Positions 55,504-64,000 of a stretch of 64,000 nt of DNA are shown one piece after another. Each line of letters starts with the position of its first letter. Positions within the stretch are counted from its first letter, which is position 1. Origin of the DNA: an uncultured delta proteobacterium (GTDB taxonomy: Bacteria > Desulfobacterota > Binatia > Binatales > Binataceae); NCBI GenBank assembly GCA_963711565.1, contig CAVQEQ010000001.1, positions 288,001 to 352,000 on the forward strand. Reading direction: 5' to 3'. The notes below the pieces were generated by a model. That model was not told the DNA's origin and did not search any database. It was given only the letters and a program-made list of their open reading frames with translations. The translations under genes and the position numbers were made by a program.

Positions 55504-56118
55504 ATGAAACTAACTCCGAAGCTGATACAGGAACTGCGCGAGAAGACCGGCGCCGGCATAATGGATTGCAAGCGAGCGCTGTCGGAGACTGACGGAGATC
55601 TCGAAAAAGGCATACTGTGGCTGCGCGAGAAGGGAATCGCCGCCGCTGCCGGCCGTGCGGGCCGGGTCGCATCCGAGGGCGCGGTCGGTTCGTATATTCA
55701 CGCGGGCGGCAAGATTGGCGTGCTAATCGAAGTCAATTGCGAGACCGATTTCTGCGCCAAGTCGGAAGCATTCCAGGCGTTGGTGAAGGAACTCGCACTG
55801 CAGGTCGCGGCGCTCAATCCACGCGTCGTGCGGCGCGAGGAGTTGTCGCCCGAGGTCATCGAGCAGGAGCGCCAGATCTACGCGTCGCAGGCCGAGGGCA
55901 AGCCCGCGGCGGTGGTGGCGAAGATCGTCGACGGCAAAATCGAGAAATTCTACAAGGAAGCATGCCTGCTCGAGCAGGCGTACGCGCGCGATCCCAACAA
56001 GACTGTCAACGATCTGCTGGGCGAGGCCGCCATCCAGATGCGGGAAAAGATCGACGTGCGGCGCTTCACGCGCTATCAGTTGGGCGAGGCGCTGGACGCC
56101 AAGGCGGTGCCGGCTTAG
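55504..56118 (+). CDS. tsf: Elongation factor Ts (short form)
   Basis: LREKTGAGIMDCK, EVNCETDF. Confidence 0.96.
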   Translation: MKLTPKLIQELREKTGAGIMDCKRALSETDGDLEKGILWLREKGIAAAAGRAGRVASEGAVGSYIHAGGKIGVLIEVNCETDFCAKSEAFQALVKELALQVAALNPRVVRREELSPEVIEQERQIYASQAEGKPAAVVAKIVDGKIEKFYKEACLLEQAYARDPNKTVNDLLGEAAIQMREKIDVRRFTRYQLGEALDAKAVPA

Positions 56119-56134
56119 GCGCGCCGATGCGATT

Positions 56135-56171
56135 GTTCCGCTTCCCTCAAGGGGAAGGGGTTAGGGTTAGG
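56135..56171. repeat. CTTCCC..GGGAAGGGGTTAGGGTTAGG hairpin repeat
   Basis: Same family as 16037, 38449 and 47318. Confidence 0.75.
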
Positions 56172-56221
56172 TTGCGTTCTACGGGGGCTGTTTCGGATGT
56201 ATCGCAGGAGCATCCAGAAAG

Positions 56222-56971
56222 ATGGCTGAAGTTCAAAGTGCGACGGACGGCAAGCCGCGCTTCAGCCGTATCCTGCTGAAACTATCCGGCGAGGCGCTCG
56301 CGCCCACGCAAGGGTCGGGACTCGACCTCGACGCGCTGGCCGAGATTGCGCTCGAAATCAAGGGAGTTGCGGCGCTCGGCGTACAGCTGGCGCTGGTGAT
56401 CGGCGCCGGCAATTTCATCCGCGGCAGCGATTATGAGGCGCGCGGGATGGATCGCTCGACCGCCGATCAGATGGGGATGCTGGCGACCGTGATCAACGCG
56501 CTCGCGCTGCAAAACGCGCTCGAGCATGTCGGCGTCGTCACGCGCGTGCTGTCCGCCATCGAGATGCAGGCGCTGTGCGAGCCGTACATCCGCCGCCGCG
56601 CCGTGCGCCATCTCGAAAAGGGCCGCGTCATTATATTCGCGGCCGGCACCGGCAATCCTTACTTCACGACCGACACGGCTGCCAGCCTGCGCGCGATGGA
56701 AATCGGCGCCGAGGTGATTCTCAAGGCGAGCCATACGGTTGACGGGGTCTACGATCGCGACCCGGTGCGCGAGCCGGGGGCCAAGCGCTTCGACCGGCTG
56801 ACTTATATCGAGGTGTTGCAAAAAAATCTAAAAGTGATGGACTCGACGGCCATCTCGATGTGCATGGATAATCGTCTGCCGATCATCGTGTTCAATTTGC
56901 GCAAAGCGGGTAATATAAGAAGGGCCGTAATGGGCGAGCAAATCGGGACCCGGGTGGAGAGCGCACCGTGA
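56222..56971 (+). CDS. pyrH: UMP kinase
   Basis: [31 protein letters not shown]. Confidence 0.96.
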   Translation: MAEVQSATDGKPRFSRILLKLSGEALAPTQGSGLDLDALAEIALEIKGVAALGVQLALVIGAGNFIRGSDYEARGMDRSTADQMGMLATVINALALQNALEHVGVVTRVLSAIEMQALCEPYIRRRAVRHLEKGRVIIFAAGTGNPYFTTDTAASLRAMEIGAEVILKASHTVDGVYDRDPVREPGAKRFDRLTYIEVLQKNLKVMDSTAISMCMDNRLPIIVFNLRKAGNIRRAVMGEQIGTRVESAP

Positions 56972-57531
56972 GCATGCTTACGGACACAATCGAAGACGCG
57001 CGCAAGGAAATGGACAAGACCGTCGAGGCGTTTCGCCACGAACTCGCCCGCGTCCGCACCGGCCGCGCGTCAACCGCGCTGGTCGAAAATCTGCAGGTGA
57101 ATTACTACGGCTCGAAAACGCCACTGCGGCAACTCGCGGGGTTGTCGGCGCCGGAGCCGCGCCTGATCGTGATAACGCCGTACGACAAGGGCGCGATGCA
57201 CGATATCGAAAAAGCGATCCAGACTTCGGACCTCGGCCTGTCGCCGATGAACGACGGCAAGATCATCCGCATTCCGATTCCCGAGCTAACCGAGGAACGC
57301 CGCAAGGACCTGGTCAAGCACGTACGCAAAATCGGCGAGGAATTCCGCGTCGGCGTCCGCAACCATCGCCGCGACGCCAACGACATGCTCAAGGAACTGC
57401 ACAAGGACAAGCAGGCCACCGAGGACGAGATGCGCGCGGGCGAGACCAAGGTGCAGACTTACACGACCGAGTTCATCGAAAAAATCGACAAAGTGCTGGC
57501 CGCCAAAGAAGCGGAAATCATGGAGGTCTGA
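56968..57531 (+). CDS. frr: Ribosome recycling factor
   Basis: [25 protein letters not shown]. Confidence 0.96.
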   Translation: MSMLTDTIEDARKEMDKTVEAFRHELARVRTGRASTALVENLQVNYYGSKTPLRQLAGLSAPEPRLIVITPYDKGAMHDIEKAIQTSDLGLSPMNDGKIIRIPIPELTEERRKDLVKHVRKIGEEFRVGVRNHRRDANDMLKELHKDKQATEDEMRAGETKVQTYTTEFIEKIDKVLAAKEAEIMEV

Positions 57532-57559
57532 GCTCGCCCGTCAAACGGCGCGACCCTCG

Positions 57560-58363
57560 GTGAAGACTGAACGCCAAGTGGCCATCTCACTACCACTCAA
57601 CGATTTCCCGAACCTCTCTCTGGATCCATCGCGGATGCCGCGTCACGTGGCGATCGTGATGGACGGCAACGGCCGCTGGGCGAGCCGGCGCGGACTCTCG
57701 CGCCACGAAGGCCATCGCCGCGGCAAAGATTCGGTCCGCGCGGTGGTCGATGCGGCGCGCGAACTCGGCATCCCGTACCTAACGCTGTACGCATTTTCGA
57801 GCGAAAACTGGGGACGGCCGACCACCGAAGTCAGCTTCCTGATGGGGCTGTTCCATCGCTACCTCATCACCGAAACCAAGCGCCTGATGAAACGCGACAT
57901 CCGCGTACTGGCTCTGGGAGATACCGAGCGGCTGCCGCCGCGGGTGCGCGATGCGCTGGCCGAGACGGTCGCGGCGACGCGCGATAATCGCGGGATGACG
58001 GTGGCGCTGGCGTTGTCGTACGGCGGACGCCAGGACATCGTCAACGCGACGCGCTCGATCGCGCGCGCGGTGGCCGATGGCGCGCTCTCGCCCGATCAAA
58101 TCGACGAGCAACTGGTAGCGCGCGAGCTGACGACCACCGGGCTTCCCGATCCCGACCTGCTGATTCGAACCTCGGGAGAACTTCGCGTCTCCAATTTTTT
58201 TCTGTTTCAGCTCGCCTACACCGAACTCTATTTCACCGATACGCTGTGGCCCGATTTCCGCGAGCGCGAATTTCTGAGCGCGATCGCCGCCTACCAGCTT
58301 CGCGAGCGCCGCTTCGGCGCTGTCACGAACGGCACCGACACCCGGCTGCGTGCTCAGAACTAG
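57560..58363 (+). CDS. uppS: Undecaprenyl diphosphate synthase
   Basis: HVAIVMDGNGRW, YAFSSENW, DLLIRTSGELRVSNF. Confidence 0.95.
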   Translation: MKTERQVAISLPLNDFPNLSLDPSRMPRHVAIVMDGNGRWASRRGLSRHEGHRRGKDSVRAVVDAARELGIPYLTLYAFSSENWGRPTTEVSFLMGLFHRYLITETKRLMKRDIRVLALGDTERLPPRVRDALAETVAATRDNRGMTVALALSYGGRQDIVNATRSIARAVADGALSPDQIDEQLVARELTTTGLPDPDLLIRTSGELRVSNFFLFQLAYTELYFTDTLWPDFREREFLSAIAAYQLRERRFGAVTNGTDTRLRAQN

Positions 58364-59147
58364 GCTCCTGACAGCGGCGGTCCTGCTGCCCGCGATGGGC
58401 GCGCTGGTACTTTTCGCGCCTGCCTGGTTCTTCACGATTTTCAACGCGATCGCCGGAATCTGGGGACTCTACGAGGTCGCCGCGATGACCGGCGCTCTGC
58501 ATTGGGTGGCGGTACCGCTGTTCGCGGTCGTCGGCGGCGTGCCGTTATTCGCGCTGCTCTACGACGCCCCCGACCTGGGATTTGTTGGATGGCTGGTGAC
58601 GCTGATCGTGATCCTCATGATGCTTGGGTTGGTCGTGCGGATCGAACTCGCCGGCGGCGGTGAACGATTCCGAGGTCCGCGATTGGTGTTCATGGGCGCG
58701 GCGTATGTCGGGTTTCTGTTCCCCTACTTCGCGCTGCTGCGCAATCTTCCCGGCGGCCAATACATGCTCCTGCTGGTCATCTTGCTGGCGGTGATAAGCG
58801 ACAGCGGCGCGTACTTCGCCGGCAGGTACATGGGCCGCACGAAGCTCGCGCCGAGTGTCAGCCCGAACAAGACGGTTGAGGGCGCGGTCGGCGGCTTGAT
58901 CGCGACAGTAGTGGGCGGCTGGCTGCTGTTTGAGATCATCGGCGGGACGTGGGATATGTGGCGAATCCTGCTATTTGCGGCTATCGTTTCCATCCTTGCG
59001 CAGCTTGGCGACCTGGCGGGCTCGGCATTGAAACGCGCGGCGGGAGTCAAGGACTCGGGTTGGATTTTCCCGGGGCATGGCGGTCTGCTCGATCGCACAT
59101 GTTCACTGGTCTTCGCGCTGTTTTTCGCCTACTATTGGTTTCAATGA
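58350..59147 (+). CDS. cdsA: Phosphatidate cytidylyltransferase
   Basis: SPNKTVEG, KRAAGVKDSG..PGHGGLLDR. Confidence 0.93.
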   Translation: MLRTRLLTAAVLLPAMGALVLFAPAWFFTIFNAIAGIWGLYEVAAMTGALHWVAVPLFAVVGGVPLFALLYDAPDLGFVGWLVTLIVILMMLGLVVRIELAGGGERFRGPRLVFMGAAYVGFLFPYFALLRNLPGGQYMLLLVILLAVISDSGAYFAGRYMGRTKLAPSVSPNKTVEGAVGGLIATVVGGWLLFEIIGGTWDMWRILLFAAIVSILAQLGDLAGSALKRAAGVKDSGWIFPGHGGLLDRTCSLVFALFFAYYWFQ

Positions 59148-59211
59148 TGCGGCTTTGGGAGCCGCATTTTCGCGCTCGAAACATTCCGCATCGAACTTGC
59201 GAGCAGACTAA

Positions 59212-60648
59212 ATGATATCGTCGATTTTTTACTTCGCACTAGTCTTCGCCGTTTTGGTGGTCGTGCACGAGGCGGGCCATTTTGCGATGGCGAAGAAGGT
59301 CGGAGTTCGCGTGCTGCGATTCTCGATCGGCTACCCTCCGAAGGTATTGGGATTCCGGCGCGGCGAGACCGAGTACTCGATCGGCGCGACTCCCTTCGGC
59401 GGCTACGTCCGAATGCTCGGCGACGAAGTCGGCGAGAAACCCACGCCTGACGAAATCAAACTGTATCTTCACGAAGTCGGGCTCGACCTGATCGGTGCCG
59501 CGCGCGAGCACGGCGCGGCTCTAGCCGGCTCCGGATTCGACGACAATTTGCGCATAGTTGCGGAGCGCTTGAGCGGCACGCCCGACATCGGCGGCCCCGC
59601 CCACGCGCCGATATCCGTACAGTCTGGCAACACGGCGCTTGCGACTTCGCTACCTGACGCGCCGCCGGTGCCGATGCTTGCGCTCGCTCCGGCCAACATC
59701 ATCGGCCGCGAACTGAAGCCCGATGAAGCGCTGCTTCTCAACGAAGTGCGCCGCCAGCCCAAGGTTGACGATGCAATCAAAGAGCTGGCGGAACATGCGC
59801 CCGCCGCGCTGGTCCAGGAGTACTGCAAGCGCGCGTTCCCGACCCAGTCGCTCGGCAAGCGCATCCTGATCGTACTGGCGGGACCGCTGTCCAACATCAT
59901 TTTCGCACCCATCCTGCTGACATTCATCTTCATGTACGGCGTGCCGCAATTGTTGCCGGTCGTCGGCAAGACCACGAAAGACCTGCCGGCGGCAAAGGCG
60001 GGACTTCAAGTCGGCGATCGAATTCTCGCGGTAAACGGCCAGCCGATGGACACCTGGGCCGACTTTTCCAAGACCGTGAAGGCCGGCGACGGCTCTCCGA
60101 TCAAGCTGGAAATCACTCGGGACGGCGCGCGCAGCACGATCGTGATCACGCCGACCCGGCTCGATCAAAAGACCATCTACGGCACCAACGCAACGACGTG
60201 GGTAATCGGGGTACAGCCGAGCGGCGACTCGGTCTCGAAGCGGTATGGTCCGATAGGCGCGGTGAGAGAAGCGTGCGAGACATCGGTTGAGATGACCGTG
60301 CAGATGGTGGTCGGAATCGCCAGCATCTTCACCGGCAGCACACCCGTGCGTGACGCGATCGGCGGGCCAATCATGATCGCGAAGATGGCCGGACAGGAGG
60401 CGCATGAAGGGCTCGCGAATCTCGCGATGTTTACCGTGATGCTTAGCCTCGAGCTCGGAATCATGAACCTGCTGCCGGTTCCCCTGCTCGACGGCGGACA
60501 TCTGCTGTTCTTCGTCTTCGAGGGTATCAAGGGCAAGCCGCTCGAACTTCGCTATCGTGAGGCGATGCTCCAAGTCGGATTGTTTTTACTCGTAGCGCTG
60601 ATGGCGTTCGTAATCTTCAATGACATCTCGCATATTGTGCAGGGTTAA
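59212..60648 (+). CDS. rseP: RIP metalloprotease RseP with a large insertion
   Basis: HEAGH, GGYVRM, AGP, one PDZ domain, NLLPVPLLDGGH. Confidence 0.92.
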   Translation: MISSIFYFALVFAVLVVVHEAGHFAMAKKVGVRVLRFSIGYPPKVLGFRRGETEYSIGATPFGGYVRMLGDEVGEKPTPDEIKLYLHEVGLDLIGAAREHGAALAGSGFDDNLRIVAERLSGTPDIGGPAHAPISVQSGNTALATSLPDAPPVPMLALAPANIIGRELKPDEALLLNEVRRQPKVDDAIKELAEHAPAALVQEYCKRAFPTQSLGKRILIVLAGPLSNIIFAPILLTFIFMYGVPQLLPVVGKTTKDLPAAKAGLQVGDRILAVNGQPMDTWADFSKTVKAGDGSPIKLEITRDGARSTIVITPTRLDQKTIYGTNATTWVIGVQPSGDSVSKRYGPIGAVREACETSVEMTVQMVVGIASIFTGSTPVRDAIGGPIMIAKMAGQEAHEGLANLAMFTVMLSLELGIMNLLPVPLLDGGHLLFFVFEGIKGKPLELRYREAMLQVGLFLLVALMAFVIFNDISHIVQG

Positions 60649-61441
60649 TCGGCTGATCGAACAGGCGGCCGCGGCGCGCCCGGTCCTGGGACTCGATACC
60701 TCCACATCAATCGCATGCCTCGCGCTGATTGCCGGCGGCAAAGTCGCAGCGTCGATCAGGCGGCCTGCAACGTCGCACGGCGCCGCACTGCCGGGCGCTA
60801 TCGACGAGGTTCTCGCCGCGGCAGGGCTGGCGATTTCAGGCGTCGGTGCAATTGCGGTCGGCACCGGGCCGGGCTCGTTCACGGGCCTGCGCATCGGGCT
60901 CAGCTACGCCAAGGGAATCGCGATGGCGTCGGGCTGCGCGCTGGTCGGAGTGCCCAGCTTTGATGCGATGGCACTAGCAGCGCTCGAGCGCAACAATATT
61001 GGGGCGGGCCGGCTGGTCTGCGTGGTTGTGGATGCTCGCAAGGGCGAAGTTTACGCGGCCCTTTACCGGGTCGTGGCCGATGGGCTAGAAAAACTGTCAG
61101 AGGAACTGGTAATCGCGCTGGAACACCTGGCATCGCGCATAACCGAGGACGTAATGTTCGTCGGTGACGAAAGAGCGAAGGATGCGGCGGCCCTTGTGGA
61201 ATCGCGGGGCCATTGGGTGGAGGTTTTCGATACAGGGATGCTCGATTTGCGCGGAGTCTGCGTCGCGGCGCTGGGCGGGGCGCGGTTTGCCCGTGGTGAA
61301 ACGGATCGAGCGGCTTCGCTGGAGCCGCTATACATCAGGACGCCGGAGGCTACGTTCAAGCCCACATCGAAAAATCCGGCAGGCATAGGCACGGAGGGCG
61401 TATGGAGCATCGAGAGGAAGAACTCATTCGGCAGCATCTGA
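60635..61441 (+). CDS. tsaB: tRNA t6A biosynthesis protein TsaB (start uncertain)
   Basis: LGLDTST, GPGSFTGLRIG, DARKGEVY, EPLYIR. Confidence 0.92.
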   Translation: MCRVNRLIEQAAAARPVLGLDTSTSIACLALIAGGKVAASIRRPATSHGAALPGAIDEVLAAAGLAISGVGAIAVGTGPGSFTGLRIGLSYAKGIAMASGCALVGVPSFDAMALAALERNNIGAGRLVCVVVDARKGEVYAALYRVVADGLEKLSEELVIALEHLASRITEDVMFVGDERAKDAAALVESRGHWVEVFDTGMLDLRGVCVAALGGARFARGETDRAASLEPLYIRTPEATFKPTSKNPAGIGTEGVWSIERKNSFGSI

Positions 61442-61632
61442 CCCATGACGAGGACCTGAGAGCCCTCTACACGGAGCATCAAGCGCTCAAGCAAAAACTC
61501 GAAGTCTTTAGAAATAAGCTTTATCTGACCAACGAAGAGGAAATCGAAGAAAAGCGCATCCAGAAGCTTAAGCTGGCCTCGAAAGACCGCATGATGGCGA
61601 TTCTCGGGCGCTATCAACAAGAGGCTCGCTGA
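61402..61632 (+). CDS. YdcH/DUF465-like small coiled-coil protein
   Basis: LYTEHQAL...KRIQKLKLASKDRM; SD GGAGG. Confidence 0.75.
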   Translation: MEHREEELIRQHLTHDEDLRALYTEHQALKQKLEVFRNKLYLTNEEEIEEKRIQKLKLASKDRMMAILGRYQQEAR

Positions 61633-61672
61633 CGCCACAGGGTTCCGGCCATGAGCGCGCGCACTCCACCGC

Positions 61673-62203
61673 ATGACAAGTCATACGATATCGGTTCTGG
61701 TTGAAAACGAATTCGGCGTGCTCGCTCGCGTGGCCGGACTCTTTTCAGGCCGCGGCTTTAACATTGAGTCCCTGACCGTCAACGAGGATCCGCTCGATCC
61801 GACGGTCTCGCGGATCGTGCTGGTCACCACCGGCGACGATCAGATCGTCGAGCAGATCAACAAGCAGCTCAACAAGCTCGTGTCGGTGATCAAGATTACC
61901 GACTTCAAGGACGTCGAGACGATCGATCGCGAGATGGTGATCGTCAGGGTCTCGGTGGATGAGCGCACGCGCTCCGAGCTGGACTCGATCGTCAACGCAT
62001 ATCGCGCCCACGTAATCGACATAGGCCCGCGCGCCATCACCGTCGAGCTCACCGGCAACTCCGAAAAAATCAAGGCGTTCATCGCGATCGTGCGTCCGCT
62101 CGGAATCAAGGAAGTGGTGCGCTCGGGCAAAGTCGCGATGGCGCGCGCGGTCCAGCTCAACCACGACAATCATCACGGTCGCCGGACGCGCGAAGCTGAA
62201 TAG
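61673..62203 (+). CDS. ilvH: Acetolactate synthase small (regulatory) subunit
   Basis: LVENEFGVLARVAGLFSGRGFNIESL, KQLNKL, EVVRSG. Confidence 0.94.
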   Translation: MTSHTISVLVENEFGVLARVAGLFSGRGFNIESLTVNEDPLDPTVSRIVLVTTGDDQIVEQINKQLNKLVSVIKITDFKDVETIDREMVIVRVSVDERTRSELDSIVNAYRAHVIDIGPRAITVELTGNSEKIKAFIAIVRPLGIKEVVRSGKVAMARAVQLNHDNHHGRRTREAE

Positions 62204-62236
62204 TCTGACAGCGAGAAAATTCGGGAGAACATTCAA

Positions 62237-63253
62237 ATGAAGGTTTACTACGACCGCGACGCGGACCTGTCCGCGCTCAAAGGCAAAAAAATCGCGGTCA
62301 TTGGCTTTGGAAGCCAGGGGCATGCGCATGCGCTGAATCTACGCGACAGCGGAATGGATGTATGCGTGGGGCTCGGCGCGAAATCAACGTCGCGCGAAAA
62401 GGCCGCCAAGCAGGGCCTCCAGGTCTTCGACACCGCCGAAGCGGCCAAGCGCGCCGACGTGATCATGGTGCTGGTACCGGACGAGATGGGCTCCGAGATT
62501 TACGAGGCCGAGATCAAGCCGCATCTCACCAAGGGCAAGTACCTGGCGTTCGGTCACGGCTTCAATATCCATTTTAAATTCATCAAGCCGCCTGCCGACG
62601 TCAATGTTTTCATGATCGCGCCGAAAGGCCCCGGCCATCTCGTGCGATCCGAATACACCAAGGGCCGCGGCGTGCCGTGCCTGCTCGCAGTCGAGCAGGA
62701 TCCCTCGGGCGACACCACCAAGGTTGGGCTCGCGTACGGCAGCGCGATAGGCGGCGGCCGCGCGGCGATTATCGAAACCTCCTTCAGGGAGGAAACCGAA
62801 ACCGACTTGTTCGGCGAGCAATCAGTACTGTGCGGCGGCCTAACCGAGCTGATCCGCGCCGGTTACGAAACGCTGGTCGAGGCCGGCTACGCGCCCGAGA
62901 TGGCGTACTTCGAGACGCTGCACGAAGTGAAGTTGATCGTGGACCTGATCTACGAGGGCGGTATCTCGAACATGCGCTACTCGATCAGCAACACGGCCGA
63001 GTACGGCGACATGACGCGCGGCACCAAGGTCATCGGCAAGGATTCGCGCGCGGCGATGAAGCAGATCCTCGCGGACATCCAGTCGGGCAAGTTCGCCAAC
63101 GAATGGATCGGCGACTACAAGGCCGGGCTGCCGCGCTTCCGCGAACTGCGGAAGGAAGCGGAGAAGCATCCCGTCGAAGAAGTCGGGCGCAAGCTGCGCG
63201 CGTTCATGCCGTGGCTCGCGAGCGATCGCCTGGTCGATAAGTCGAGAAACTAG
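62237..63253 (+). CDS. ilvC: Ketol-acid reductoisomerase
   Basis: [37 protein letters not shown]. Confidence 0.97.
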   Translation: MKVYYDRDADLSALKGKKIAVIGFGSQGHAHALNLRDSGMDVCVGLGAKSTSREKAAKQGLQVFDTAEAAKRADVIMVLVPDEMGSEIYEAEIKPHLTKGKYLAFGHGFNIHFKFIKPPADVNVFMIAPKGPGHLVRSEYTKGRGVPCLLAVEQDPSGDTTKVGLAYGSAIGGGRAAIIETSFREETETDLFGEQSVLCGGLTELIRAGYETLVEAGYAPEMAYFETLHEVKLIVDLIYEGGISNMRYSISNTAEYGDMTRGTKVIGKDSRAAMKQILADIQSGKFANEWIGDYKAGLPRFRELRKEAEKHPVEEVGRKLRAFMPWLASDRLVDKSRN

Positions 63254-63259
63254 ACCCAG

Positions 63260-63958
63260 GTGGCGGGCGAGACTGACAGCGGGCGCCCGGCACCGGACGC
63301 CGTCCTCGCGCGCATCGCGGGTGTGATCGGAATTGCGACCGAGGGCGTGGCACTGTCGCTCGGTTTGGCTATCTTCGGAATCATCTTGATCGCGCTCCGC
63401 CTCGATTCGAGTGGCGCGATCCTCATAATCCTCTCAATCCCGATTGCGCTTTTCTTTCGCGATCCCGATCGCTATCCGGCGCGTGCCGAAGGCGTCGTAA
63501 TTTCGGGCGCCGACGGCAAAGTCACCGACATCTCAGACGTTTCTTTTCCCGGCTCGACCGGAAAGTCTTGTCATCGCGTGTCGGTGTTCATGTCGCCGCT
63601 CAACGTGCACGTCAACCGCGCGCCGGTCGGCGGCGAAGTCACGACGGTCGAGCATACGGCGGGTGAATTCCGCGCCGCATTTCGCGACGACGCCAGCGAG
63701 CACAACGAACGCAACCTGATCGCGATGACCGACGCCTCGGGCCGCATGTTCGCGATGATGCAGGTGGCTGGATACCTCGCGCGGCGGATAGTTTGCCGGC
63801 TCCGCGCGCGTGATAGAATACAGCCCGGGCAGCGAATTGGCCTGATTATGTTCGGCAGCCGCGTCGATCACTTTTTTCCGTCAGAGTACCGGGTCACCGT
63901 GTCGCTCGGGCAACGCGTGCGCGCCGGAGAATCAATCATCGGAGCAATCGAGCCATGA
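63260..63958 (+). CDS. psd: Phosphatidylserine decarboxylase (short form)
   Basis: [35 protein letters not shown]. Confidence 0.92.
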   Translation: MAGETDSGRPAPDAVLARIAGVIGIATEGVALSLGLAIFGIILIALRLDSSGAILIILSIPIALFFRDPDRYPARAEGVVISGADGKVTDISDVSFPGSTGKSCHRVSVFMSPLNVHVNRAPVGGEVTTVEHTAGEFRAAFRDDASEHNERNLIAMTDASGRMFAMMQVAGYLARRIVCRLRARDRIQPGQRIGLIMFGSRVDHFFPSEYRVTVSLGQRVRAGESIIGAIEP

Positions 63959-64000
63959 GCCGCAATTCCCGCCGCTCGCGCGAAGCGCGCTTGCGGATAG
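63955..64000 (+). CDS. 5' end of the next gene (possibly pssA by synteny)
   Basis: ATGA overlap with psd, open to the window end; only 15 codons visible. Confidence 0.35.
   Translation, partial: MSRNSRRSREARLRI

Overview
High-GC bacterial chromosome segment made mostly of housekeeping operons: rpe/rsmB/fmt/def/priA, aroCKB, ileS-lspA, tolQRAB-pal-cpoB-ribF, a hemD-hemE fusion followed by hemH-hemY-dinB, leuCD, rluD, rho, and rpsB-tsf-pyrH-frr-uppS-cdsA-rseP-tsaB-ilvH-ilvC-psd. Gene order and content (class III CoA-transferases, F420-type LLM, PaaX) suggest a deltaproteobacteria-like diderm, plausibly Ca. Binatia (inference). I found no rRNA, tRNA, CRISPR array, integrase or prophage. The less ordinary layer has four parts. 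(1) Dense palindromic repeats: a RAYT transposase bracketed by its REPs, a REPIN of that family, one copy of that REP inside the fmt coding sequence, and at least four other repeat families, one of which brackets an orphan HigA antitoxin. (2) An ECF sigma/anti-sigma/DUF3106 module where three GTAAAC-N17-CGTC promoters link it to two flanking uncharacterised secreted repeat proteins. (3) Small exported proteins sharing a 5' leader cassette (MKxxHAxALAL) fused to unrelated bodies. (4) Probable non-AUG starts for fmt and hemY, a CxxCH insertion in AroK and a large insertion in RseP. All family assignments come from motif recognition by eye; no searches were run.
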